Virus record (IMG/VR): IMGVR_UViG_3300005289_000003
Span: 1 to 64,000 of that record
Source of the DNA: a virus
DNA: 64,000 nt
Strand: one strand, 5' to 3'
Both the position numbers and the translations under genes were made by a program. Below are positions 19,197 through 28,485 of the stretch, piece after piece; positions within the stretch are counted from its first letter, which is position 1, and each line of letters begins with the position of its first letter. Below the pieces are notes generated by a model that was given only the letters and a program-made list of their open reading frames with translations, was not told the origin of the DNA and did not search any database.

Positions 19197-20433
19197 GTAG
19201 GTCTAGATACTTGTCATAACTTATTTCTCTGATGATACCTGCTGTTGGTTCATAATGAAGGTGAATGGTGATTCCACCTTCACCATGCCTGTTTTTCACA
19301 TTCTTTAGAATCATTGTTCTTTTGCTGGTGAGCCTGTTAGCAAATACGGACGTGGCATCCTGCCCGATACTGTCACCACGGGCCAAGTGCTCAGGACCAC
19401 CCGGATCATCTCTCTTGGTGGCAGCATCACGGTTTAGCTGTGCTGCACAGATGATAGGAATTCCGTATTCATTCGCAAGGATAGTCAGGTCATTGGACAG
19501 TTTTACTACAGAGGACCAGTCTTCACCAGCCATCTTCATCAAGGTGATGTAGTCAATGTAGACAATATCTGGCTCATTGCGTTCTATTTGTCCCTGGACA
19601 TCCAAAACCCCCATCCGGCCCTTAGATGAATCCATGACGTGCATCCGGCTACGTAGGTTCTTCCTTAGCCCCTGAAGGAACTTACGGTATTCAGCCGGAT
19701 CGATGTTTTTGCCTTGTGCCAAACTGATATTGTCGAATACCTTATTCCCATATTGCTTGGATAGTAGGGCGTGGACTCTTCCGGATACCTGAGCACGGGG
19801 CATTTCCAGAGAGTCAAACTGAATGCTCTTGCCAGCGATAAGGGCCGTAACCGCCATGCTAAGAAGCAACCATGATTTACCTTGGCCTAGACGGGCAGAG
19901 ACGATGTGGAGCCCAGTAGTAAACCCGCCTATCCGTTCATCAAAGGTTGGGAAGCCAGTGGGGATACCGGCGAATCCTTCTTCCTCATATTTTTGTTTAC
20001 GAAGAAGAAATTCCTTATAGTCTGTTTCCCAATCCCCAATAATGTCGTTATCGTGCATAACGTTACAGACCGAAGCGACTTTGATAGCCCCGGTATGCAT
20101 CGTCTCTATTGCTTTTTGGACGTTCCCTAGAGACAGTTGGTCGGCAGCCTTGGAAATAACACCACTTGTCAGGATTTCGGAGTGACGTTTCCGGACAAGA
20201 TCGGAATAGTGTCCTACGTCGTCTACCGCGATAACCCGGAACTCTGGGAACTGTGCCTTGAAGGCAGGCTTACTAGGTGCCCTCTTATAGGTGTAGATGT
20301 AGTGAAGAAGCCATTTTCCTTCGTCCGGGAACCCATGGAAGAACTCTTCACTAATGCCCTGGTCCAAGAGGGTTTGATGGTCACCCTGCCGGACGACAGC
20401 AGAGATCAAACCCACTTCGGGAGTACTCGCCAA
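19159..20433 (-). CDS. dnaB: DnaB-like replicative helicase
   Basis: GIPTGF, ARLGQGKS, SLEM, IDY, AQLNR, IGQDA, KNRHG; TTG start with SD GAAAGG. Confidence 0.92.
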   Translation of the reverse strand: MASTPEVGLISAVVRQGDHQTLLDQGISEEFFHGFPDEGKWLLHYIYTYKRAPSKPAFKAQFPEFRVIAVDDVGHYSDLVRKRHSEILTSGVISKAADQLSLGNVQKAIETMHTGAIKVASVCNVMHDNDIIGDWETDYKEFLLRKQKYEEEGFAGIPTGFPTFDERIGGFTTGLHIVSARLGQGKSWLLLSMAVTALIAGKSIQFDSLEMPRAQVSGRVHALLSKQYGNKVFDNISLAQGKNIDPAEYRKFLQGLRKNLRSRMHVMDSSKGRMGVLDVQGQIERNEPDIVYIDYITLMKMAGEDWSSVVKLSNDLTILANEYGIPIICAAQLNRDAATKRDDPGGPEHLARGDSIGQDATSVFANRLTSKRTMILKNVKNRHGEGGITIHLHYEPTAGIIREISYDKYLDLRDQDKAEEKSSG

Positions 20434-20840
20434 AGGTGTTAACCGCCTTTCCAGAGCACAAAAAAAGGTGAGCGGTGGAGGGCCACCCAGGACCCGCCAC
20501 CATCTCACCCGTTCGCGCGGTAGTCGACTATGCGTAGGGCACATCACTTCACATAGCCCGTTGACCCGATGTCCTAGGACTACCGGCAACGGAATAGTAA
20601 CAAAACTTTCCGAAGTGCGCAATAGGTGAGCTATGTTTACTTTTGTCCGAACTGTACTCAACTGTCCTATATGCCCGGTTCGTGCTGTCCGGACACCTAC
20701 CCGATCATGGTTGCTCGGGAGCAAGAAAACCAGGCAGGAGAGTCAGCATAGCTCCCTGACCTGGAACGATGCTACTTCTTGACAGACTGACGGGTGGTCT
20801 GATATATGCGGGACGTTCCTAAAAAATCTTGGGAACGTCC

Positions 20841-20869
20841 TTGACACGTGACCACAGGTTCCGTAAGTT
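20841..20869 (+). promoter_or_regulatory. strong promoter heading the ncRNA/tRNA region
   Basis: TTGACA-17-TAAGTT; second TTGACA at 20779. Confidence 0.7.
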
Positions 20870-21117
20870 CGTTCCTGTCAGCCCGGCAGGATGGCACAGA
20901 CCACCTAGACCACTGACACACGTAAGACCCGCATGACGCACCAAATCAAGACAGTAAGGCACGTACGCACGAAGCAAGACAGCATCGCCGCACTACCTGT
21001 AAGGCACGGTACGACACGCACACGAGCGGCAGGAGCAAGGCCAGCGGATACCAACCGCATGGCTGCCAGAGGGCTTTACAGAGCCTCTGGGGCTATACGG
21101 GCTAGGTCCGTGCAACC

Positions 21118-21832
21118 TCTCACTAAGCAACCGGTGTGACCCAACAGAAAAGACATGGCTAGTAATAATAAGCTTGCCCTTTGGCAGGGGTAAGGCGAAG
21201 CATCCCGCGACCGGGAAGGGTACCCCGGTGGGAAACCATGTCCGCCTAGCAGTCTTAGGCATACTAAATAGTGAGTGACTGAATGACGATAACAGTCACG
21301 ACGTGGCACCTTTTAAGGTACACCTATGTAAGTAGTGGGTGCCACTGGATTGACTGTCAGAGTTACTGTGCTCCGTTATGTCATCAGAGGATTGGTTCCG
21401 AGACGTATAGCCGCCGGTAGGGAGTACCTATCGATACGGGTACGCGGTATAACGCTAGCCCTACTAGTAAGTTGAGTACGGCCATGTAGGGCATGGTCCT
21501 ATGCTCCGCCATTTTCTCTGGTGACGTATCGGAGCACAGTCACTCCTATAGATGTGGCTAGGCTCCATTCTAATGGCGTTTCCGGTGACACGTTTATGTC
21601 AAAAGGTGGGGCCTAGTCGCGTAGCTGCAATAACCCAGTTGATATAACTGGGGGTATCCCTTCTGAGTAATACAAAGTACGTCGGTAGATCTCCTGGTCT
21701 TGTATCCGTACTGTGGCAAGAATCTGGACCGAAGATAAAACTTCAATTCGGATTGGCGCTCACCACACTAGACCTTGGCTAAGGCGCGTCGGACGTCTAT
21801 AAGTAGGAGTATAAGAACACACCACATCCGAC
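21118..21832 (+). ncRNA. candidate large structured ncRNA (~700 nt)
   Basis: no credible ORF; many long helices with G-U pairs, e.g. 21360-21391 with 21513-21545. Confidence 0.65.
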
Positions 21833-21836
21833 ACAT

Positions 21837-21910
21837 GCCCCGGTAGCTCAATCCGGCAGAGCGCCACTCTTACAAAGTGGATGTTAGAGGTTCAACTCCT
21901 CTTCGGGGTA
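21837..21910 (+). tRNA. tRNA-Val(TAC)
   Basis: cloverleaf, loop CTTACAA. Confidence 0.92.
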
Positions 21911-21913
21911 CGG

Positions 21914-22040
21914 CACACATGGCGCTAAATCTCAAAATGGGGTATTGGCATTGCGCCATCAGATGTAGCGAAGGTTTGAATAGGCCGGAAACAGTTATGC
22001 CGCTGGGTTCTGTTCATTCCAAGTAACTACGCCATGTGTG
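21914..22040 (+). ncRNA. unassigned structured RNA
   Basis: 11-bp terminal stem CACACATGGCG/CGCCATGTGTG. Confidence 0.55.
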
Positions 22041-22051
22041 TAATTAAAACA

Positions 22052-22114
22052 GGGCAAGGGGTCCGGACTGTATAAACCGGCTTAAACGGCACTGTGGTGT
22101 GCCCTTGCCCACCA
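22052..22114 (+). ncRNA. mini RNA with acceptor-like stem and encoded ACCA
   Basis: GGGCAAGGG/CCCTTGCCC followed by ACCA. Confidence 0.45.
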
Positions 22115-22284
22115 TTAAGATATTGGGAGCGCTGATAGTAGGCAATTCAGGAAGAAGGTTGCGGAGTCCAAGGACTGTGAAACAACTCTTCTTAGGAACC
22201 CTGGATAGGGCCACTGGGTGATGGCAGCGTAACGGCCGATAGCGGGTGATTCGGCTACACACGTCTCTAAGAGGAAGTAGAAGC

Positions 22285-22500
22285 GTGTCTCCAGAAGAGC
22301 AAAAGGTAGTCAAGGCTTCTGCTGACTTGGAAGACCTAGCAGCAGAGCTACGGGACATCATCAACGAAATGCGTCAGCGTCCAACTGATACGGCTTACGC
22401 CTATGCCCTGACTTATAACTTCAGGACTGATCTAGGGCGTGTGGTGGCTTCCCTGGGGGCTGGTAAGCCGAGCATGAAGGTAATGAATGGAAAGCACTAG
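22285..22500 (+). CDS. hypothetical protein
   Basis: GAGGA SD before GTG. Confidence 0.55.
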   Translation: MSPEEQKVVKASADLEDLAAELRDIINEMRQRPTDTAYAYALTYNFRTDLGRVVASLGAGKPSMKVMNGKH

Positions 22501-22698
22501 ACGGGCAGTGGGCGCGATAGCTGCCAACCTAGTAAGTAAGCCGCCCCCCGGCTTTCACTGAACGGTGAACCAAAACGCGCTAAGGGAACCTAGTCCGTTT
22601 ACGGTATGGGAGCGGGCCACGTCCTAGGTGAGGGTTTAGAGGACATTCCCCGTGGGGTCTGTTTGCAGGCTTAAAACCACAAACCCACGGGGCTTCAT

Positions 22699-22770
22699 GC
22701 GGTCATAGCTCAATTGGCAGAGCGCCAGACTTCCAATCTGGTGACCGGGGTTCAATTCCCCGTGGCCGTT
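22699..22770 (+). tRNA. tRNA-Gly(TCC)
   Basis: cloverleaf, loop CTTCCAA. Confidence 0.92.
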
Positions 22771-23022
22771 CTGTTCCCCATAGGTCCGGCAGACTAAAGG
22801 GGAACCGTCTATCCACCTTAGACGTTAAATATGCGTGGTTTATCCCTGCCAATTGGTTAGGGGTACGTCTTTCTCCTCTGACGTTAAACGAGGATGACGG
22901 CCGATGGTACGGCGGTTTGCATTGCTGTCTGGGAGTGGGTACCCAGATGGAACCGACACGAGTTAAACCCATATAGGGAGTGGTCGGACCGTACCACCAT
23001 AAGCTTCAAAGGAGGAGTATAG

Positions 23023-23253
23023 ATGGTTACCATTTACTTCCCTGCCTACACAGCTAAGTTCAAGCTTCAGGATCGGGTTTACCTGACCAACAAGATTTCA
23101 TCAGGTCTGGGGACTGTAGTCGGCATCCACGCTCCATGGTCGATTGGCTTTGTAAGCGTTGGCGTTCGATACTCCGTCTCCTGGGATCGGAACAGGAAGA
23201 CTCTCAACGGTCCGGCCATGGAATCCGAAGAGGAATTGTCTAAGGTGATCTGA
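23023..23253 (+). CDS. small KOW/SH3-like hypothetical protein
   Basis: AAGGAGG SD; KFKLQDRV...GTVVG...YSVSW. Confidence 0.7.
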   Translation: MVTIYFPAYTAKFKLQDRVYLTNKISSGLGTVVGIHAPWSIGFVSVGVRYSVSWDRNRKTLNGPAMESEEELSKVI

Positions 23254-23474
23254 TGCCCAGAGCTAAGGCGACTCATCCTTTCCACCTGGTTCAGGTCGGT
23301 ATTCCTTCGTACAACCCGCTAGAAGAGAAGCCTGTCTTGCGCATCACTGCGATAGACGAAAAAGACGGCAGGTTATTGGAGGGAGACTTCACCCCAGAGG
23401 AATTTAGAGTCTGGGCAGCCTCCTTGAACAAGTGGGCTGATCTATACGACGATATGGTTAGTCGCAAGAAGTAA
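23253..23474 (+). CDS. hypothetical protein
   Basis: TGATG coupling. Confidence 0.65.
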   Translation: MPRAKATHPFHLVQVGIPSYNPLEEKPVLRITAIDEKDGRLLEGDFTPEEFRVWAASLNKWADLYDDMVSRKK

Positions 23475-23539
23475 TACTTGTGGTCCCGATGAAAATAGCC
23501 ACTAGTGCCACGGTCAAGGTTCGGGATAGCCGTTGGTAT

Positions 23540-23612
23540 GGGGTCATAGCTCAGATGGAAGAGCGGAGCACTGAAAATGCTCAGGTCCGTGGTTCGATTC
23601 CACGTGTCCCCA
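23540..23612 (+). tRNA. tRNA-Phe(GAA)
   Basis: cloverleaf, loop CTGAAAA. Confidence 0.92.
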
Positions 23613-23662
23613 CGGGAGGCCCTGAGAGGGCTCCTAACAAGATCACCTTTGAAGGGGGTGTC

Positions 23663-24073
23663 ATGGCAGCGTCAGCAACCCCTCGGGTCCGTACGGCCCG
23701 TTCAGGGGCTTCCAAGAAGGCAGCTACACCAGTAGCCGACCCCATGGTTGTGGAGATGGACTTCAAGCCAAGTTCCGGGGCACGCTTCGTCTACGATCCG
23801 GAAGACATTCCGAAGATTGTGATGGCCTTTGAGGGGCTACACGCGATCCTCTCGGCTGAATTCCTGGCAGAGGCCAAGACTCCGGATATCGTCAAGGTTC
23901 TGGTAGACAACGGCTATACCCTGTCGACCACCAGTGACCCGAAGTATGGGGCACTGTATGAAGGCCCGTTCATCACCTTGACCTACAAGAAGACTCTTCT
24001 TCGTCTGTCCGTGGTGGTTACCAAGGACAGCATCAAGGCAGACTTCCGGACCTATTACGAGACCAGAGGATAA
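23663..24073 (+). CDS. hypothetical protein with basic N-terminal tail
   Basis: GAAGGGGG SD before ATG 23663. Confidence 0.7.
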   Translation: MAASATPRVRTARSGASKKAATPVADPMVVEMDFKPSSGARFVYDPEDIPKIVMAFEGLHAILSAEFLAEAKTPDIVKVLVDNGYTLSTTSDPKYGALYEGPFITLTYKKTLLRLSVVVTKDSIKADFRTYYETRG

Positions 24074-24137
24074 GTTTCCTTCAGGGAATTGATGCCCCAG
24101 GATTTGCGCCATGCGTCCTGGGAGTCCCTGAAGGAGC

Positions 24138-24249
24138 GGCAGGGAAGGAAGCGCGGGCAATCCCCCACACGTGCCCGTGAGACTCTGGCTCCCCGTGGTT
24201 CCCTGATTGGACGACAGGGTTAATCTTCGTGGTAGCTTCCTTCCCTGTC
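24138..24249 (+). ncRNA. unassigned structured RNA
   Basis: 15-bp terminal stem GGCAGGGAAGGAAGC/GCTTCCTTCCCTGTC. Confidence 0.55.
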
Positions 24250-24255
24250 AGTTAG

Positions 24256-24331
24256 GCCCCTGTAGCCAAGTTCGGGGAAGGCATCCGTCTTATACGCGGA
24301 AGATACGTTGGTTCAAATCCAACCAGGGGTA
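24256..24331 (+). tRNA. tRNA-Ile(TAT)
   Basis: cloverleaf, loop CTTATAC. Confidence 0.85.
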
Positions 24332-24640
24332 CTGTTTTTGACCTATCCACTTACCCTAGGGAATCATTTAGTGAAGCACACGCACACGTGCCAGAATGCA
24401 GACTGTAAGAAAGTGTTCTACTGTACTGGCACGGGAGAACACCAGAGTGAATGCACGCATTGTGGAAACAAATATACCTTCACAAGCTAGGGGTTAATGG
24501 GTGGCTTCTCACTCGCACACATGTCAGAACACGTCATGTGGCAAGACGTTCCAATGCAATAAGGTAGGACCCCACACGTTGGCGTGTCCTGATTGTGGTT
24601 CCGATACATCAGGCCACACGCACGCTCACTAATTTCATAA

Positions 24641-24713
24641 TCCCCTGTGGTCTAATCTGGCAAGACATCGGATTTTGGTTCCGATCATCTAGGTTCAAAT
24701 CCTGGCAGGGGAG
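24641..24713 (+). tRNA. tRNA-Gln(TTG)
   Basis: cloverleaf, loop TTTTGGT. Confidence 0.9.
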
Positions 24714-24738
24714 CGGCATTGCGAAAGGAGGATTGCGA

Positions 24739-25335
24739 ATGCCGGGTTTCAACCCTGATGGCTCTTATAGAGTCTTTGATTCTGAAGCGGAAAGACTAGA
24801 AAACCAAGAGGCTGTAAGAAGAATCATTCAGGGTTTGCACACCAAGTATCCTGACCCGAGGGTAAGCCCACGTCCGGGTAATCCTGAAAAATGGGTTGGG
24901 AGTCTGAAGATGCCCAAAAAGATAGAGTTCAAAGATGGTGTGTTCCAATACGTGGGACCGCCAACCAAATCGGAAGGTACTGAAAACAAAATGGCGCGTG
25001 ACAGTGGTATGGACGTCAAGAGCTACAGCCCGTCGGACCCCAAGTTCGCCAGTGACGAGACTCCTTTCGAAGTCGGCCAGATCATCTCCATCGTGGGTCG
25101 CCACGGCGAGAGCGGTACCCACCTGCTGATCACGGACGTTCAGGCAGACACGGAGGTTCGTCACGAGGGTTCACCGGTCGGTGGCACCTACTACACCGGC
25201 TACGCTTCCAACGATTACGACCGTTCCACCCAGGTCATCAAGGTGGAGAACGGCACGGCCGTGACCGTGTGGACCGAGTACGACGTTCCGGTTACCCCGA
25301 AGGGTCTCCAGTCGCTTTCCTTCCCGAAGCGGTGA
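24739..25335 (+). CDS. hypothetical protein (possible second start at 24991)
   Basis: AAGGAGG SD at 24725. Confidence 0.65.
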   Translation: MPGFNPDGSYRVFDSEAERLENQEAVRRIIQGLHTKYPDPRVSPRPGNPEKWVGSLKMPKKIEFKDGVFQYVGPPTKSEGTENKMARDSGMDVKSYSPSDPKFASDETPFEVGQIISIVGRHGESGTHLLITDVQADTEVRHEGSPVGGTYYTGYASNDYDRSTQVIKVENGTAVTVWTEYDVPVTPKGLQSLSFPKR

Positions 25336-25424
25336 CCCTGACCTGATACCCAGGTCTAGATAAGCTCCTACCGGTCGACAGACGACATAAGCCCTGTTAC
25401 GGCAACGTCGGGCCGGTAGGTCTA

Positions 25425-25496
25425 GCCTCTATAGCTCAACGGATAGAGCACCGTGCTACGAACGCGGGTGTCCAGGTTCGATTCCTGGTAGAGGTA
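25425..25496 (+). tRNA. tRNA-Arg(ACG)
   Basis: cloverleaf, loop CTACGAA. Confidence 0.92.
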
Positions 25497-25662
25497 CGCA
25501 ATAAAACTTCCAGCAATGGCTATAGGGTCGATCCGGACGTCTCCCGGTAGGTTGCTGGTTGGCTTGTATGACACGGGTGAGCAATTGCTATTGTGGAACT
25601 TGCCTCCACAAAGAACCAACCCTCCCAAGGCATGGGCTCAGAATGGTTGGCCGTGTCATTAT

Positions 25663-25736
25663 TCCCCGTTAGCTCAACTAGGCAGAGCAACGCACTGTTA
25701 ATGCGTCGGTTGAATGTTCGAATCATTCACGGGGAG
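25663..25736 (+). tRNA. tRNA-Asn(GTT)
   Basis: cloverleaf, loop CTGTTAA. Confidence 0.92.
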
Positions 25737-25739
25737 CCT

Positions 25740-25886
25740 AGTCCCCAATGCGTCAAACTGATTGCCGATATTTGTAAGGTCGTGGTATCGCAGCATGAGG
25801 CAAGGTAGGTTGTAGCTATGTTTTCGCACCTTGGACATAGTTATACGGTGCTCCTAACCAATAGACCTTCCTGCGCATTGGGGACT
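25740..25886 (+). ncRNA. unassigned pseudoknotted RNA
   Basis: 13-bp perfect terminal stem; two potential loop pairings. Confidence 0.6.
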
Positions 25887-26185
25887 TCAAAGCATCCTGA
25901 CGTCAGTCAGGAGCGAAGCATCCTAGGGAGAGTGATACGCCAACACCACTAATACGTGTCCCGTGAGCCCTAGGTAAGTCGGGACGTTGGCAGATTGGGT
26001 AAAAGGGCAAGCTTCCGTTTAGGTGGTGACAGCCGAGAGAAGAAGCCTGGGCACCCTAGGGTTAGATGAGGCAATATAGCGTTGACCTGACCCGTAGGAC
26101 TGTCACCCTGTAGCGCGATGGAAGAATACGCATGCGCGATAGTCGTACTTCTAGGGTGCCACCCAATCGTTACATTGGAGACTAA

Positions 26186-26518
26186 ATGATAAAGTTTGGT
26201 GTCTTTGCTAAGACATTGGAAGAAGCCTGGTTCAAGGCTCACAACGAAGCAAAGCTCTTCTTCGGTGAGTCCAGGGTTCATAGCGTCAGGTTTCTGGGTG
26301 GCACCAAAGAAGATGATGACGCCTATTACTGCACCTTTGCCGCAGACTTGGTAAATGATGCGGATGCGGTTTCTGAGTACTACCCAACGGGTCGGCCATC
26401 TTCTCCGCCACCTTTCGAACCTCTGACTACTCCTCTGCCACTCTTGGAGGCCACGGCGATAATCGGGCCTACCACAGAGGAAAGAGAAGTCCTCAGAGTC
26501 AGCTATACAACCGAATAG
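26186..26518 (+). CDS. hypothetical protein
   Basis: GGAG SD. Confidence 0.6.
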   Translation: MIKFGVFAKTLEEAWFKAHNEAKLFFGESRVHSVRFLGGTKEDDDAYYCTFAADLVNDADAVSEYYPTGRPSSPPPFEPLTTPLPLLEATAIIGPTTEEREVLRVSYTTE

Positions 26519-26525
26519 ATGGCTT

Positions 26526-26610
26526 GCCATGGATGCACGCATGGGACGTGCGCCAGTCTGTAGAACTGGTGTCTAACAAGGCTAAGTAGGTTCGATTCCT
26601 ACCCGTGGCA
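26526..26610 (+). tRNA. atypical tRNA-Tyr(GTA)
   Basis: loop CTGTAGA; long variable arm; non-canonical D arm. Confidence 0.7.
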
Positions 26611-26612
26611 CT

Positions 26613-26719
26613 GGAGACAATGAGGATAGAGCAGAGTCCCTAACCCGTAAGGGTGGGACGGTTTCCATAGCTGGCCACCGGCGAAACTCTGCTTTCACGG
26701 TTCAATTCCGGAGTCTCCT
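26613..26719 (+). ncRNA. tRNA-like RNA, TLD-type (copy 1)
   Basis: acceptor GGAGAC/GTCTCC, T-loop TTCAATT, long helix replacing the anticodon arm. Confidence 0.6.
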
Positions 26720-26745
26720 CTATTCAAAAACTATAAGGAGTATTT

Positions 26746-26955
26746 GTGGGCAGAGCTACACACACGACAACCACGATTAGGCGAATCATTGTTGGTCAAG
26801 AGTTCTATCTCTCTATCGACGGAGTCACCGCTTACAAGCTCCTGACCAAGTCAGACATTGGTGGAGCAAGCTACAACGTCACCTTCAAGCGTGCAGACAA
26901 TGAAGGTGAAACCGAGCATGGAGACTGGCCGTACAACACCAAGGTCTACATCTGA
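26746..26955 (+). CDS. small hypothetical protein (family ending VYI)
   Basis: AAGGAG SD; IRRIIVGQEF...TKVYI. Confidence 0.75.
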   Translation: MGRATHTTTTIRRIIVGQEFYLSIDGVTAYKLLTKSDIGGASYNVTFKRADNEGETEHGDWPYNTKVYI

Positions 26956-27260
26956 CGGGGTCATGCCTGTTGGCCCGTTGCTGGTGAGCCTGTAGGCGAG
27001 CGGAGCACACCAGCCCAAAGAGGCTCACCTTTGCAGGGGTAGAGCCTCAATAGGTGGCCCCCGTGACGGTACCCAGAAGCCACGTGGTAGGGCTCTGGTG
27101 AGCTACCGGGGGCAGAGGCCCTAGGTTGTGTTCCAGCCCTTCCTAGGGCCTCTCAGACGTCTCTGTGGGAGCTTCCCTGTCCCCCCGTCAGGGCCACAGA
27201 GACAGGGGGAACCCTGGTGGGTTCCACTCCCCCCGGAATTCCTAGGGTTCCCCCGTTCAA

Positions 27261-27333
27261 GCGTCGTTAGCTTAATTGGTAGAGCTACGGTCTCCAAAAC
27301 CGTCAGGTGAGGGTTCGAATCCCTTGCGGCGTG
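27261..27333 (+). tRNA. tRNA-Trp(CCA)
   Basis: cloverleaf, loop CTCCAAA. Confidence 0.9.
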
Positions 27334-27479
27334 CTCCAAAGGAGGAAACTATATGAGCAAAAATATATCTGGTATGGAGTGTGGCTGCATGCTGGTTATT
27401 GAGTACGGTAAAGCGCCGTACATCATCAGGCACGCTAATTGCAAGAAGGCCCACGGCACACCAGAGAAGAAGAATTGAC

Positions 27480-27983
27480 ATGACCATGTCAGATGCCGAT
27501 CACATGCACCCGCATGTGGCTAGGGCTCTTCACGATGCTTTGAAGAGTGGGGACTACAAGCAAGGTCACAACTTCCTTCACAAGGTAATGAAGGACATAG
27601 GTGATCTTTACTGCTGCTTGGGTGTCCTTTGCCGGCTAGCCATTAACGCTGGCGTAGTGGTTCCTCAGGAAGAGTTCAATCTAGGGAACGGCAATCAGGT
27701 AGTCATCAAGTATGAAGGTGATGACGGGTGGCTTGGCCTGATAGTCAGTGAGTGGGCCGGAAAGCACGCTACTCCTTCTTATAGGCTTCCTCTCTGGTAC
27801 GACGAAGAGAAGAAGATTCCTTTTGCTGGGGACCTTGACGAAGAAATGGACCGTATTACTCTGGCCATCTTGAATGATGGAGATAGCAATAGGTTCCATG
27901 GTCTGACATTCTCTCAAATAGCCGACATCGTTTTGTTCATGTGGGGATACGGCGATGAAGACGAAGTATCGGCTAACGATTAG
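27480..27983 (+). CDS. hypothetical protein (CCLGV motif)
   Basis: ALKSGDYKQG...YCCLGVLC...LND...TFSQIAD. Confidence 0.75.
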   Translation: MTMSDADHMHPHVARALHDALKSGDYKQGHNFLHKVMKDIGDLYCCLGVLCRLAINAGVVVPQEEFNLGNGNQVVIKYEGDDGWLGLIVSEWAGKHATPSYRLPLWYDEEKKIPFAGDLDEEMDRITLAILNDGDSNRFHGLTFSQIADIVLFMWGYGDEDEVSAND

Positions 27984-28125
27984 ACGGAGTAACGGAAGAC
28001 TCGTTCGCGAATACGGCAACCTGAGCAAGTACGCGGCTAAAGTCCGTAGAGATGAACTAGAAGACAAATACGATTCCGGCTATTACGTCGAATTGACACC
28101 CGATAGGAAACCCAATGCTGAATAA
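27955..28125 (+). CDS. 56-aa hypothetical protein (not in ORF track)
   Basis: MKTKYRLTIRRSNGRLVREYGNLSKY...; overlaps both neighbours. Confidence 0.55.
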   Translation: MKTKYRLTIRRSNGRLVREYGNLSKYAAKVRRDELEDKYDSGYYVELTPDRKPNAE

Positions 28126-28402
28126 TCCAGGTCTCGTCTACGTCTGCTACATGGTCAGTGGGGACCAGGAGCCACGGCCCATCAAGGTGGGTCTGACGTA
28201 TGACGAAGCCTTGAAGGAAGTCAACGCGAATAAGAGGGCTGTCAAAACCGTACTCAGGTTCGCGTGGATCGCTGGCCTGTTCAGTAAGGAAGCGCGCAAG
28301 AACATGCAAACCCTGAAGGGTGTGAAGTACTACATCACGGGGTACCGGCCCACGGCGGTCAACAACCTTGCCACGGTGGATGAGGAGTGGGCAGAACAAT
28401 AA
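28115..28402 (+). CDS. hypothetical protein
   Basis: ORF in operon. Confidence 0.65.
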   Translation: MLNNPGLVYVCYMVSGDQEPRPIKVGLTYDEALKEVNANKRAVKTVLRFAWIAGLFSKEARKNMQTLKGVKYYITGYRPTAVNNLATVDEEWAEQ

Positions 28403-28410
28403 GGAAATAA

Positions 28411-28483
28411 GCCCCATTAGCTCAGTGGACAGAGCGACACCCTTCTAAGGTGAAGGCCGTAGGTTCGACTCCTACATGGGGTA
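28411..28483 (+). tRNA. tRNA-Arg(TCT)
   Basis: cloverleaf, loop CTTCTAA. Confidence 0.92.
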
Positions 28484-28485
28484 CG

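Noticed and set aside
20434-20724. N-terminal extension of the helicase ORF
   Set aside because: Not homolog-like; contains a hairpin with a T run on the minus strand; SD supports TTG at 20433
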